Notes: generated by a model not told the origin, from the letters alone. Positions 1 through 9,145 are shown, counted from the first letter of the stretch. The stretch: DNA of 64,000 nucleotides from an uncultured Gammaproteobacteria bacterium (GCA_964600845.1 CAZRJW010000002.1:9910-73909), one strand, 5' to 3'. Made by a program: numbers and translations.

Positions 1-595
1 CTTTGCGGAGAGGACAGATCGCGCATTGCGGGGATTTTGTGCAGATACTTGTAGCAAGATCAAAGATGGCCTGTGGGATATCAAAGAAGTGGCCACGTGT
101 TGGAAGAAAATCCTTAGTTGCATTGCGGATGTGTTCATCATCCGTCAGCTGTGGGAAGGGGAGTTTGAGAAAAACGCGTCCAAGGACACGTCGGATATTG
201 GTATCAATCGGGAGGGTTCGCTGCTGTAGTGAAAATGCAGCGAGGGCGGCAGCCGTATAGGGTCCAATCCCTTTTAACTCGAGCCACTCCGCTTCGCTCT
301 TTGGTTCTCCGTGTTGGACAACGTGTTGGGCGATCGAACGCAGCATGAGGCCACGTCGGTTGTAGCCCAAACCGGACCAGGCTCGAATAACCTCATCTGT
401 TTTCGCAGTCGCAAGCACTTCCCAGTCTGGGAATTGCTTGAGCCAGCGATCGTAATACTCGATTACGCGCGAGACCTGTGTCTGCTGCAGCATGACTTCA
501 CTCACCAAAATCGAATAGGCCTCGCGCGTGTGGCGCCAGGGCAGATCGCGGCCTTCTTTTTTGTACCAAGCGAGCAGTTTTTGAGCGGGGGTCAT
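1..595 (-). CDS. mutY: A/G-specific adenine DNA glycosylase (MutY, HhH-GPD family); 3' end cut by window edge
   Basis: Own minus-strand translation from ATG (595-593): MTPAQKLLAWYKKEGRDLPWRHTREAYSILVSEVMLQQTQV...LKGIGPYTAAA...CTKSPQCAICPLRK (WY..R.LPWR start, HhH-GPD, Fe-S Cys cluster). Not in the ORF track because it runs off the window. TAATG overlap with the upstream gene's stop. Confidence 0.8.
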   Translation of the reverse strand, partial: MTPAQKLLAWYKKEGRDLPWRHTREAYSILVSEVMLQQTQVSRVIEYYDRWLKQFPDWEVLATAKTDEVIRAWSGLGYNRRGLMLRSIAQHVVQHGEPKSEAEWLELKGIGPYTAAALAAFSLQQRTLPIDTNIRRVLGRVFLKLPFPQLTDDEHIRNATKDFLPTRGHFFDIPQAIFDLATSICTKSPQCAICPLRK

Positions 596-1290
596 TACTC
601 AGCAGCAAACAACAAGGTCGAGAGACTGTCTAGGATCCGTTCTTGGGTCATCGTGCCAGTGACTTTGCTCCAGATAAGATGGGTTGGAACACCGCGACGT
701 TGGGTCTGAAGGACGAAGACGGTTGAGCTATCCGTAGAAACGCCACGCGTTCCGGTGATCAGCGTTTGGTTCAGTCGGTAAAAGACCGTTTCGGTATTGG
801 TTAAAAAGCGCGTGAGCTCTTCTGCGCGTGTTTTGTCGTAACGCGAGATGGAGAGCCAGGCGGTTGGATATCTGTCAGATGAGGTGATCGTCGACTGAAT
901 GAGCGTGTCACTGCTCGTGCTGGCGGTAAAGGCAGGAGTTCGAACAGAGATCCCAAGCGCGAAGGCGATCGTTTGGGGCCAGCGCTTAGACTGTGCCGAG
1001 CTTACGAGAGGAAGAGCTCGTTCGAGGGCCGCCTGTTCTTGGGTAACAGCATTCAAGAGTTCGCGTGTCGCGGAGGCGTTGCGGACAGCGGCGGCGACCG
1101 TCTTGTTCGCTTCTTGAATCAGTCGTTCGTGCTCCTGTTGAAGTTGAGAAACACGCGTCTCTTCTGATTGAAGTTTTTGTTCTAATCCATCTCGTTCTTC
1201 TTTGGCATTCAATAAGACGCTACCGATCCCAAGACTGGCAGCCAGTGCACCGAGCAGAATCCAGACCAAGATCGCAAATGAGCGGCGCAT
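595..1290 (-). CDS. hypothetical membrane-anchored protein with coiled-coil segment
   Basis: 231-aa ORF. N-terminal TM helix (FAILVWILLGALAASLGIGSVLL) followed by a Q/E-rich helical stretch. No recognisable catalytic motif. Confidence 0.55.
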   Translation of the reverse strand: MRRSFAILVWILLGALAASLGIGSVLLNAKEERDGLEQKLQSEETRVSQLQQEHERLIQEANKTVAAAVRNASATRELLNAVTQEQAALERALPLVSSAQSKRWPQTIAFALGISVRTPAFTASTSSDTLIQSTITSSDRYPTAWLSISRYDKTRAEELTRFLTNTETVFYRLNQTLITGTRGVSTDSSTVFVLQTQRRGVPTHLIWSKVTGTMTQERILDSLSTLLFAAE

Positions 1291-1342
1291 ACCCGGAAGA
1301 GTTTACTCCCCGAATGAGAAAAGCGGTAGCGTGTCGCTGGGG

Positions 1343-1915
1343 TTAGAGGTCGGACAAGAAGGCTCGAAGACGTTCTTTTGAAGCTGGATCATACTGCAGG
1401 CGAAGCAATGCGAGCGAGACCTCTGCGCGTCGTAGATTTTTTGTGAGACAAAGCTGCACGGCTTCCTCGAGGGAAAGAGGGAGAAGGCTGATCTCTTCCG
1501 TTGGGTCGTGGGTCTCGGAAGGGGTGGATGCGAGTGTCAGACCCTTGGCAAGATAGATCGACTGACGAAAACGAATCAGTCCGCCGTACTCGACAGTCTC
1601 CCAGGGGAGAAGCGTTGTCGCTTCGTAGCCTGTTTCTTCGCGTAGCTCACGTCGAGCGGCTGCCTCGTGATCTTCGCCCGGATCGACTCGTCCGCCCGGC
1701 GCATCGATAAACGTGTCTGTTCGACCAAGTTGTTTTTCTTGAGTCAGGAGAACCGTTTTTGCATCAAGGAAACCGATGACAGCGACGGTATCGGGACGAA
1801 CGCAGCGCTCAAAGGTGACGGTTTCACCGGTAGAGAGAGGCTGTTCCCATTGGTAGATCGTGAGGAGCGGACCTTGATAGCGTGGAGGAAGTTCGTTCAG
1901 AGAAAGGGGGTTCAT
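1343..1915 (-). CDS. NUDIX hydrolase
   Basis: Nudix box GGRVDPGEDHEAAARRELREETGY. Start moved to the internal ATG (MNPLSL) at 1915, preceded by tttcct; this avoids abutting the divergent gene at 1964. Confidence 0.8.
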   Translation of the reverse strand: MNPLSLNELPPRYQGPLLTIYQWEQPLSTGETVTFERCVRPDTVAVIGFLDAKTVLLTQEKQLGRTDTFIDAPGGRVDPGEDHEAAARRELREETGYEATTLLPWETVEYGGLIRFRQSIYLAKGLTLASTPSETHDPTEEISLLPLSLEEAVQLCLTKNLRRAEVSLALLRLQYDPASKERLRAFLSDL

Positions 1916-1963
1916 AGGAAACGCGTCCCTCAGTATACGTCTGTTTGGTATACTCCTGTCCAT

Positions 1964-2899
1964 ATGCTTTTGCTCCTCTCTGTCATCCTTCTTACTCTTT
2001 CAACGCTTGTTGTTGGTATGCCACCTATGACAGACTCGCAGCTTCCTTCAGAATCGTATGCGCTGTCAGAGCCTGTAACGGCAGGTGATGATGCATTATC
2101 TCAAGCGATGATCTCAACGCCCACTCAACAAATACTCGAACCGCTTCCTATTACGCGAGAGGCCTACGAAGCAGCATTGAACCAGCCAGCCGCGACCTAT
2201 CTCGGAGAAGGAGCGAGCACCACGTCTCAGGGGGTCGCGATTCATTGGGAAAAGTATGATGACTTCTTTCCTTACATCGTCTTGGGAATCGCTCTGCCTG
2301 AGCTCCCGGGTCTTGATCGTTTAAGGCAGGAGGGGGCGTTTGATCGTCGAGCCTATCTCACGGTTTCGCGTGTGTTGGATCGGGCTGGTAAAGATGTCTA
2401 TGACGGAGAAAGCTCCTTTGAAAAAGCTCCATTTAACGGAATTAATCTCCAATCGATTGAAGAGCTCCCGGGCTATCTTGAAGGCTCTCGCGAGATCCAT
2501 GTGATCGATGACGTCAAAGAGGCGGATATTCGTTCGGTGGAAGGGGCGATTGTTCTTGAGCTGCCAGTGAATATTCAAGCGCTTGAGTTTGCTCCAACGG
2601 AGCTCGGCAACGAGGAAAAGAAAACGGTTGGCGGAGCGGCTTCGCTGACGTCCATCGATGAGACGAGTTATGCGTTTGACTACATGGGAAAAGGAAAGAA
2701 CTTCATTAAGTTCATTGGATATGACGCAGAAGGAAAGACCGTCCCAGTCATTATGCAAACAGCGGAGGTGGAGGACTCAACGGAAGTACCAACAAGAATA
2801 GATGTAGGCTTTGAGACACCCGTAGCAAAGATTAAGCTCTTCATTGCGGACGAGGTGTTTATCAAAACAGTTCCATTTACGTTGAGAACGGGGAGATAG
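1964..2899 (+). CDS. hypothetical secreted/membrane-anchored protein
   Basis: In the 1667..2899 ORF only the part from ATG 1964 (MLLLLSVILLTLSTLVVG, signal/anchor) is plausible; the upstream part is antisense to the Nudix gene. Confidence 0.55.
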   Translation: MLLLLSVILLTLSTLVVGMPPMTDSQLPSESYALSEPVTAGDDALSQAMISTPTQQILEPLPITREAYEAALNQPAATYLGEGASTTSQGVAIHWEKYDDFFPYIVLGIALPELPGLDRLRQEGAFDRRAYLTVSRVLDRAGKDVYDGESSFEKAPFNGINLQSIEELPGYLEGSREIHVIDDVKEADIRSVEGAIVLELPVNIQALEFAPTELGNEEKKTVGGAASLTSIDETSYAFDYMGKGKNFIKFIGYDAEGKTVPVIMQTAEVEDSTEVPTRIDVGFETPVAKIKLFIADEVFIKTVPFTLRTGR

Positions 2900-2926
2900 A
2901 TGTGCGGAGGTCAGAGTGATTAAATA

Positions 2927-2956
2927 AAACACACCCCTCGTTTGAGGGGTGTGTTT
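2927..2956. terminator. bidirectional intrinsic terminator between convergent genes
   Basis: aaacacacccctc-gttt-gaggggtgtgttt, a perfect 13-bp stem flanked by A and T runs. Confidence 0.65.
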
Positions 2957-2969
2957 GTAAGGCTCTGGT

Positions 2970-3545
2970 CTACTGCTGTGTCGAGCTCGCGGTCGCCATC
3001 AACCCTTTATCCTGATCGATACCCGTCGTATTCTTTACCTCACTCTCAGGAGAGAAATCATTGAAGGTGAGAACGGTTTGGCCTTCTTTGTAGTTGGTGA
3101 AGAATGAATCTGGGAGGTCATCCACTTTGGTACTCCAATCTTTCCCGTAGAGTTGTTCCGCCACTTCTTCTGTTTTGATCCAGCGAAGCACGCCACCACG
3201 AGTGATCGCATAGACTTTTGGATCCGTATCTACCTTGATTAAGCGCACGCCAGGCTTATAGGTGACATTCCCCCCAAGCGGGGTTTTGATGAGCTCCGCA
3301 TCCGCAATCTGTTTCACATAGGTAAATGTATCGAACCAAGAAAGGTAGGTTTTATCATTCGGAAAGACGTAGCGTTTTCCATCAGGTCCAAGATAGTAAA
3401 CGGTGGTCCAGGAAGTGCCTTTGATGAGGCGCCCGTTTGTAGGGTCGGCTGGTTTGGTGGGGGATGGGGCGGGTGAATCTTTCGAACAGCCAGCGCCAGC
3501 GAGGGCGAGAAAGAAAATACTCGAGATGAGAAGGAGTTTTTTCAT
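2970..3545 (-). CDS. hypothetical lipoprotein
   Basis: MKKLLLISSIFFLALAGAGC: signal peptide plus lipobox (LAGAGC). Confidence 0.7.
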   Translation of the reverse strand: MKKLLLISSIFFLALAGAGCSKDSPAPSPTKPADPTNGRLIKGTSWTTVYYLGPDGKRYVFPNDKTYLSWFDTFTYVKQIADAELIKTPLGGNVTYKPGVRLIKVDTDPKVYAITRGGVLRWIKTEEVAEQLYGKDWSTKVDDLPDSFFTNYKEGQTVLTFNDFSPESEVKNTTGIDQDKGLMATASSTQQ

Positions 3546-3689
3546 AGTAATCTTAGTCTACTACGGTTGGAGGAACAAAAGTATCATTTGTAAGGCTTCT
3601 GATTGACAAAATGCCTATTTTATAGTATAGTTCTCCGTTAATTTACAATGCGAGATCGTACCAAAGTAGGCTAGAACACCGCCTTAATT

Positions 3690-4965
3690 CGTGGATAGAG
3701 CTTCAAGGAAGTGGCGCTTGAGGTCCTGTCCGCGATTCGCGGCTGGAGAGTCAATAGTGCATGAAGGAGGTCGACGACGATGAGAAGCAAGAAGATTGGT
3801 TTGGGTCTCGGTGCGGTGCTGACGACGATCATGGGCTGTGCCCAGATCGAGATCGGTCCGCAGACGCGACTCCGGAGGGTCGAGGACACCGGCACGACGC
3901 TGCCGCCCTCGGCCAACAACACCTCGCCCCCCGTGGACGAGCCCGACACCGGTACGCTCGTCTCCGACGACGTGCCCTACGTCGAACCGGCGGAGGACGG
4001 TGGCTCGATGGAGCTGCCGGTCGACGCGGGTGACCCCATCGAGCCGGAGGACGTCCCGACCCCGGTCGAGCCCGACGCCGGTCCGATGCTCCCGCCCGGG
4101 GAGCTGACGGCTTCGCGCTTCGACCTCACCCTCAGCCCCGGACGCATCATCGGCGGGACGTACCAGGACCTCCTGGGGCTCGTCTTCCGTTCGACCGGTG
4201 CGCCGGTCGCGCTGAAGATGTTCCGTATCGGGTTCACGATCGGCGGCGCCATGAACGGCGACCCGATTCCGAACTGGACGCTCAGCGACCTCGCCTTGCG
4301 CGGGACCGCGAACATCCCCGGGCTCCGGATGTCCATTCGCAGCGAGCGGATCCTGCCGAGCATGGGGTTCGAGGGTGGGTACACCAACACGGTGGTCACC
4401 TTCGTCTACGACCGCGAGCTCATCGTCACCCGGGACGGCGTGACGGCGACCTTCGGCGGCCGCTCCACGGGTGATCTCCGCCTCGGCGACCGCCTCTACA
4501 CCAGCTTCGTCTTCGGTGAGGGGCGATACACCTACGCGGGTAGCTCGGAGGGCGCACTCCTCCCGGGCAACTACCTGTTCCCGAGCTACAGCGAGGTCAC
4601 GGCGGACGGGCCCCACCTGTTCTACGGTACTGGCCGCTGCGACACCATCGTGCCGGCGGCCTACCACATGCCGGGCAACGCCACGCGCGGCATCATCCTG
4701 TGGTCGCCGCGCCTGCCGGGCCACAATGAGCTCGATTGCAGCAACGGCGGATCTGCCGACTGGCACAACGTGCTGGCTGCGCAGTACGACGGCCACGGCG
4801 GCGGCCCCATCAACTCGTACAGCACGGAGTACACCGCCGTCCCCTGAACCTTCCCACCCCGCTTGGTCCTGAGCTAACAGGACCGTCAGAGCAGCGCTCA
4901 CCCGCTGCGGCTCCCCGGATGCCCTGACCATCCACTCCCTCCTTTGTCATTCTCTCTGAGGATGA
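3690..4965. other. high-GC compositional island 1 (single gene), on the 3' side of tRNA-Gly
   Basis: Abrupt visible shift to GC-rich, GC3-rich sequence. The ORF track shows long open frames on both strands here (3684..4931-, 3780..4847+, 3977..4399-, 4471..4872+), typical of stop-poor high-GC DNA. Confidence 0.7.
3780..4847 (+). CDS. hypothetical lipoprotein (high-GC, probably horizontally acquired)
   Basis: MRSKKIGLGLGAVLTTIMGC, a lipoprotein-type signal. Canonical SD gaaggagg 9 nt upstream of ATG. Acidic/Pro-rich linker, then a globular domain. Competing frames are Arg/Ala-rich artefacts. Confidence 0.65.
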   Translation: MRSKKIGLGLGAVLTTIMGCAQIEIGPQTRLRRVEDTGTTLPPSANNTSPPVDEPDTGTLVSDDVPYVEPAEDGGSMELPVDAGDPIEPEDVPTPVEPDAGPMLPPGELTASRFDLTLSPGRIIGGTYQDLLGLVFRSTGAPVALKMFRIGFTIGGAMNGDPIPNWTLSDLALRGTANIPGLRMSIRSERILPSMGFEGGYTNTVVTFVYDRELIVTRDGVTATFGGRSTGDLRLGDRLYTSFVFGEGRYTYAGSSEGALLPGNYLFPSYSEVTADGPHLFYGTGRCDTIVPAAYHMPGNATRGIILWSPRLPGHNELDCSNGGSADWHNVLAAQYDGHGGGPINSYSTEYTAVP

Positions 4966-4974
4966 AAGAGGTCG

Positions 4975-5010
4975 CACAAACACCGAGCTGAGCTCGGTGT
5001 TTGTGTTTTT
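4975..5010 (+). terminator. intrinsic terminator after the island-1 gene
   Basis: cacaaacaccgagc..gctcggtgtttgtg followed by ttttt. Confidence 0.55.
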
Positions 5011-5377
5011 AGGAGAATGGGGTTTTAAGGAGCGCTCAAGAAACAACTCTCACCGCGCCCCGCGGACAGCAACACACTGCGTGCTGATCCCAGGGGTGCG
5101 TTGTTGTATTCAGGGGAATGTCTCACCAGTTTTTGAGGTTTTTATTGAGTACAATAGGCTATACTCCAGCATATGATTGATGGAAGAGCGCGTATAAGTA
5201 GCGAGGCGAACTCGTGGGCCGCTCCCTCTTGTAGGAGAAAGAGAGTAAAAGATATTGAGATAATATTTTAATACACATATTAGTTGTATTCTCTTTTCAG
5301 TACAAATAAAAACACCTCTCTTACGAGAAGTGTTTTTGTTTGTACCAATCTCAGCTTGTATATCGAGCTGAGCTCGA

Positions 5378-5452
5378 TGGAGCGGGTAGGGGGAGTCGAA
5401 CCCCCATCTCGTCCTTGGCAAGGACGCATAATAGCCGCTATACGATACCCGC
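5378..5452 (-). tRNA. tRNA-Gly (anticodon GCC), CCA encoded
   Basis: Reverse complement GCGGGTATCGTATAGCGGCTATTATGCGTCCTTGCCAAGGACGAGATGGGGGTTCGACTCCCCCTACCCGCTCCA folds as a cloverleaf: acceptor GCGGGTA/TACCCGC, anticodon loop TTGCCAA, T-arm GGGGG-TTCGACT-CCCCC. Confidence 0.9.
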
Positions 5453-5511
5453 TTGGGCGCTATTTACGCGCCCAGGATAGTACCAGGGGTAAAGCCGGCT
5501 TGCAAGGCCGT

Positions 5512-8046
5512 TTAGGTGGTACTTGGAATAGGTTGTTTCGGAAGGAGCTGGGTGGCTTTTCGTTTTTCGAGCCAGCGACGGATGCCTTCGACGGCGCCAA
5601 TGCTTCCGAGGGCAATGCCGATGGCGTTCCAGGGGAGGTTGGTGCTGCTTGGGCTGGTGGCGGCTGTCTTGGTGGTTGGCTCTGGATGACGAAGGATCAC
5701 AATGTCAGCCGCTTTCGAGGGTTGGATTTTCCAGACGCCACTTCGCCCATCAAAGATGCCGCTGACTTCGATTGTATCGCCTGTTTTTACGCGTTGCGCG
5801 CGATAGCCAAGGATGGCTTTGATCGGGATCGTTACTTCTCCAATCTGTGCCTCAAGCGTGATGGCGGAAGCGCGACTGTCGGTAACGAGGCCTTCGAGTT
5901 TGGTGAAGCTCCATTGATCTTCGATGCCGGGAGCGGTCCATTCAACGAGGCGTGGACTTGAAGTTGTGGTGAGCGCTACCGATTTCCAGGTATCGCCTGC
6001 TTCCATCTGAAGTTGGACCCCTTCATCATTCGCAAACAGGAGTCCGGTGATTTCAATTGTTTCGCCGAGTTGAGGACTGGGTTGAGCGGTTGTGGCTTTG
6101 ACAAGCAGGCCGCGTCCATCTGGGGCGAGGAGTACGAAGCGCTGCTTTCCAAAGACGCCAACCGTTGATCCGACCAAGCCTTGAAGCCGTACGCGAACAC
6201 GTGGCGTGAGCTGTTCGGCAGGGATCTGTTCGAAGTGAGTCACAGAAGAGGGGAGAACAAGAGATTTCTTAGTGGATGTTGCGGGAGCTTTTTTAGCTGT
6301 GGGTTTGGCTGTGGCCCTTTTCTTCGCAGGCGTTTTCTTGGGGACTGCAGTCTTCTTTTCGGTGGTATTACTGGATGAATCGGTGGAGCTCTTCGCAGCC
6401 GTTCCGAGAGTCTTAACTTCGCCTGTACTCTTCGGTGCAGTAGACGGGGGTGCAGATTGCTTAGCTGAAGCGACAGACTTGGGTTGAGTACCCGTCTTCG
6501 CTGTGACGGTCTTTGGAACGGGGGTTGCTTTCACCGCTGGTGTGGCTACGGTAGCCGCTTCAAACACGTTTGGAGCGTTCTTAGTGGGACGACGAGTGAG
6601 CTTCCAGGTGGATGAGAGATCATCTCTCATCCAAGAAGTGCCTTTCAAGCTCGCTCCATAGCGTACTTCTTGCGCAATTGTTCCGTCGGCACGTCTTAAT
6701 CGAACAAGCGCGCCAGCATTTTTCAGTTTCGCGGTTTTCCAAGCGGGAAGGAGATACGCTCCTTGAGGATTCAGGGCTTGGATCGTTGGAGCCGTCAACG
6801 AGAAGATGAGTTTTCCATCGGCTTCTAATTTCCAATCAATATAGCGGAGGGGGCTCGCGTTCTCTGGGAGTCTGAGCTCGATCCACTCTTCTTCGCCGGG
6901 AGCAGGGGCAGCCATGATTTCCGTGATAACCAGATCGAAGGCGGCGGAATCGAGAGGAGTTAAAACAGGAGCAGAACTTGGTGGAGCACTGGGGGGTATT
7001 ACAGCAGGAGAAGGTACGGCTACGGAGGAGATTGTAGACGTAACGTGTTCAATGGTGCTGGTTACAGGGGGAGTTGAAGTTGGGGTGATGACGAGTGTGG
7101 AAGTCCCCGACTCGAACGGGAGGATCTCGTCCGTACTTGTGACAGAAATGATTTCGGGAAGCTCGGGAGTTTCTTGTATCTCTGGTAGAGCTGATGTGCT
7201 CGTTGGGAGAGGAGCGGGTTCATAGGGGGAAGGTGCGGGTAAGTCAGATTGTTCTTCGATCAGGTCGGCAGGAGTCACTCCGTAGAGCAACTCCTCCTCC
7301 GGGTCTAAGAGAGGTGGCTCGGGCGCAGGCACGGGCTCTTCGGTGGGAAGGGTGCGTACTTCTTCCACCTCTTCGGGCAAGGGAATAGATTCGGTGACGA
7401 TAGGAGTGGTGCTGGTGGTTGCGGGAAGAGCGTTTTCAGCCCCTGGCTTTGGTATCGGCGTGCATTCATCACAGACGCCGGGAGTGCCAAGATCAGGAGC
7501 GCTCGGGTTGAAAACGCTTGTAGCCGACTTCCAAATCCATCCAGTCGTTGAAGCGGTTCTGATCATGCTCGTATTGAGTGGAGTGGAAGCGCCAGCCGGA
7601 GGCTTTGTTCCCGTTCCCGCGCTATCTCTGAGCGCACCGGTTTGATCACGCAGCTCAATCAAGAGGCGATCATTTGTAAGCGATAAGGTGCTGGTTGAAA
7701 GAGCGATGGTTTGGGTTGTGAGCAGCGTCTTATCCGATGTGTTCGTGTAGTTCGCGATGAGGAGCGTTTGTTGTGGAGCGATGCTGTCTGTCTGGGTGAA
7801 GAAGATAGGTGTATCGCTGACACCAGTGAGTGACCAGCCCGCAAGAGAGACGGGCTCGGTGCTAATGTTCCATAATTCGAGCCATTCATCTGCGGTCGAG
7901 CGGGAAGACCCAGACCACTGGATTTCACCGATGAGAATCTGAGTGGATGGTTCAAAGGCCAAGGTGGCTTGAAGCGGAGTGAATAAGGTACACCAAACCA
8001 ACAGAGACGAGAGCAGAGCTCGTCCCCTTGAGCTGGGGCGGGGCAT
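5512..8046 (-). CDS. large secreted lamin-tail-domain (LTD) protein with Pro/Thr/Ser linkers and C-terminal membrane anchor
   Basis: Signal peptide. Two LTD-like segments (IGEIQWSGSS..ADEWLELWNIS..VSLAGWSL; VITEIMAAPAPGEEEWIELRLPEN). Long PT/S-rich low-complexity region. OB-fold-like segments near the C-terminus. Terminal TM helix (LPWNAIGIALGSIGAV). Confidence 0.7.
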   Translation of the reverse strand: MPRPSSRGRALLSSLLVWCTLFTPLQATLAFEPSTQILIGEIQWSGSSRSTADEWLELWNISTEPVSLAGWSLTGVSDTPIFFTQTDSIAPQQTLLIANYTNTSDKTLLTTQTIALSTSTLSLTNDRLLIELRDQTGALRDSAGTGTKPPAGASTPLNTSMIRTASTTGWIWKSATSVFNPSAPDLGTPGVCDECTPIPKPGAENALPATTSTTPIVTESIPLPEEVEEVRTLPTEEPVPAPEPPLLDPEEELLYGVTPADLIEEQSDLPAPSPYEPAPLPTSTSALPEIQETPELPEIISVTSTDEILPFESGTSTLVITPTSTPPVTSTIEHVTSTISSVAVPSPAVIPPSAPPSSAPVLTPLDSAAFDLVITEIMAAPAPGEEEWIELRLPENASPLRYIDWKLEADGKLIFSLTAPTIQALNPQGAYLLPAWKTAKLKNAGALVRLRRADGTIAQEVRYGASLKGTSWMRDDLSSTWKLTRRPTKNAPNVFEAATVATPAVKATPVPKTVTAKTGTQPKSVASAKQSAPPSTAPKSTGEVKTLGTAAKSSTDSSSNTTEKKTAVPKKTPAKKRATAKPTAKKAPATSTKKSLVLPSSVTHFEQIPAEQLTPRVRVRLQGLVGSTVGVFGKQRFVLLAPDGRGLLVKATTAQPSPQLGETIEITGLLFANDEGVQLQMEAGDTWKSVALTTTSSPRLVEWTAPGIEDQWSFTKLEGLVTDSRASAITLEAQIGEVTIPIKAILGYRAQRVKTGDTIEVSGIFDGRSGVWKIQPSKAADIVILRHPEPTTKTAATSPSSTNLPWNAIGIALGSIGAVEGIRRWLEKRKATQLLPKQPIPSTT

Positions 8047-8406
8047 GTTGTGAGGCGACTGATCCGCCGACGGATCGGGTGAAGCGTCGTTGTTCTCAGG
8101 CCTTCTTCTCCATCATGTCATGGGTTTTTTCTTGCATGTGGAAAGGCTGTTTACGAGCAGAAAATAGATGTACGGAGGAACGAGTCTGTTTAGGTAAGAC
8201 GAGAATGACTTCGTTAAAACTTCTGAGCGAGAAGAGCTATCTCCAGGTTTTATCTTTGTTAGGTGTTAATCAAACGAATTACAAAACAATTTTGACGTTC
8301 CGTGTCTTGACGTAGGGGAGTTGAAGCTCGTTTTCGTAGAGGCGTTGTCCCCAGTTGAACAGTCTCTCTGTGGATAAGAAGAGGAAGTAGAGGAATAGTA
8401 GGCATC

Positions 8407-8435
8407 TTGACGGTGTTCTGTTTCTGTTCTACTTT
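8407..8435 (+). promoter_or_regulatory. candidate lexA promoter (TTGACG-17 nt-TACTTT); -10 ends 8 nt before the ATG (leaderless-type)
   Basis: ttgacg at 8407-8412, 17-nt spacer, tacttt at 8430-8435, ATG at 8444. No SD is possible in the remaining 8 nt. Confidence 0.4.
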
Positions 8436-8440
8436 TGTTC
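8415..8440 (+). promoter_or_regulatory. candidate LexA operator: three GTTC tetramers in direct repeat, 7-nt spacers
   Basis: GTTC(8415)-tgtttct-GTTC(8426)-tactttt-GTTC(8437), i.e. two overlapping GTTC-N7-GTTC units spanning the -35/-10 spacer and -10 of the lexA promoter. Confidence 0.45.
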
Positions 8441-8443
8441 TAT

Positions 8444-9067
8444 ATGGCGCTCGCTCTTACCCCAAAACAGAAAGAGGTACTGGACTTCATTGTTCAGTAC
8501 ATCCACGACCGCGGCTTTGCCCCTTCCTATCGCGAAATCGCGACTGGTCTGGAGTTGGCTTCGCCCTCGACGGTGCACGTGCATGTCCAAGCGCTTCGTC
8601 AGCGTGGGTATTTGCGTGATTCAGAGGGAGACTCGGGGAATCGTGAGCTTGAACCAACCGACCAAGCTGTTCGCTGGGGCCGAAGCGTTGTGCTGCCCCT
8701 GATTGGATTGATCACCGCTGGTCAGCCGATTGAAGCGATCGAAGATCGTCGCGAGACACTAGCTGTTCCATCCGAGCTGGCCTCGGACCCATCTAATAGC
8801 TATATCCTGAGAGTAAAGGGCGAATCGATGATCGATGAGGGGATTCTTGATGGCGACTACGTCGTGATCGAACGGAACCCAGCTCCGCGTAATGGAGATG
8901 TGGTAGTTGCTCTTCTTGATAACGCCTACGCCACTCTTAAAAAGTTTTACCGTGAACGTGGACGCGTCCGACTGCAGCCTGCAAACAAAACAATGAAACC
9001 GATCTACTGTGATGATCCATTGATTCAAGGAGTAGTAAAAGGCGTGATTCGATCCTTTAGTCATTAA
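8444..9067 (+). CDS. lexA: LexA repressor (S24 peptidase)
   Basis: MALALTPKQKEVLDFIVQYIHDRGFAPSYREIA (winged HTH), Ala-Gly cleavage site (LITAGQP), catalytic GESM and LKKF motifs. The ORF track starts at TTG 8435; ATG 8444 is preferred. Confidence 0.9.
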   Translation: MALALTPKQKEVLDFIVQYIHDRGFAPSYREIATGLELASPSTVHVHVQALRQRGYLRDSEGDSGNRELEPTDQAVRWGRSVVLPLIGLITAGQPIEAIEDRRETLAVPSELASDPSNSYILRVKGESMIDEGILDGDYVVIERNPAPRNGDVVVALLDNAYATLKKFYRERGRVRLQPANKTMKPIYCDDPLIQGVVKGVIRSFSH

Positions 9068-9145
9068 ATCAAATTCTTTTCAACGCTCTTCTTTCCAAGG
9101 CTCGCTTGGCGCTTCTTTTTGCTCTCTTTGTTTACTTCCTCTTCT

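Noticed and set aside
3671-4931. Long ORFs 3684..4931(-, 415 aa), 3977..4399(-), 4471..4872(+), 3838..4107(+) and others overlapping the island-1 gene
   Set aside because: They are Arg/Ala/Gly/Pro-rich products with no start context. Such ORFs are the expected stop-codon-poor artefacts of high-GC DNA. Only 3780..4847(+) has a signal peptide, an SD and ordinary composition. The same reasoning applies to the extra ORFs over 18326-19454 and 60568-61349.
8028-8315. 95-aa ORF in the LTD-gene/lexA divergent spacer
   Set aside because: It overlaps the 5' end of the LTD gene, is Cys/Arg-rich with odd composition, and has no start context. It is probably non-coding promoter DNA.
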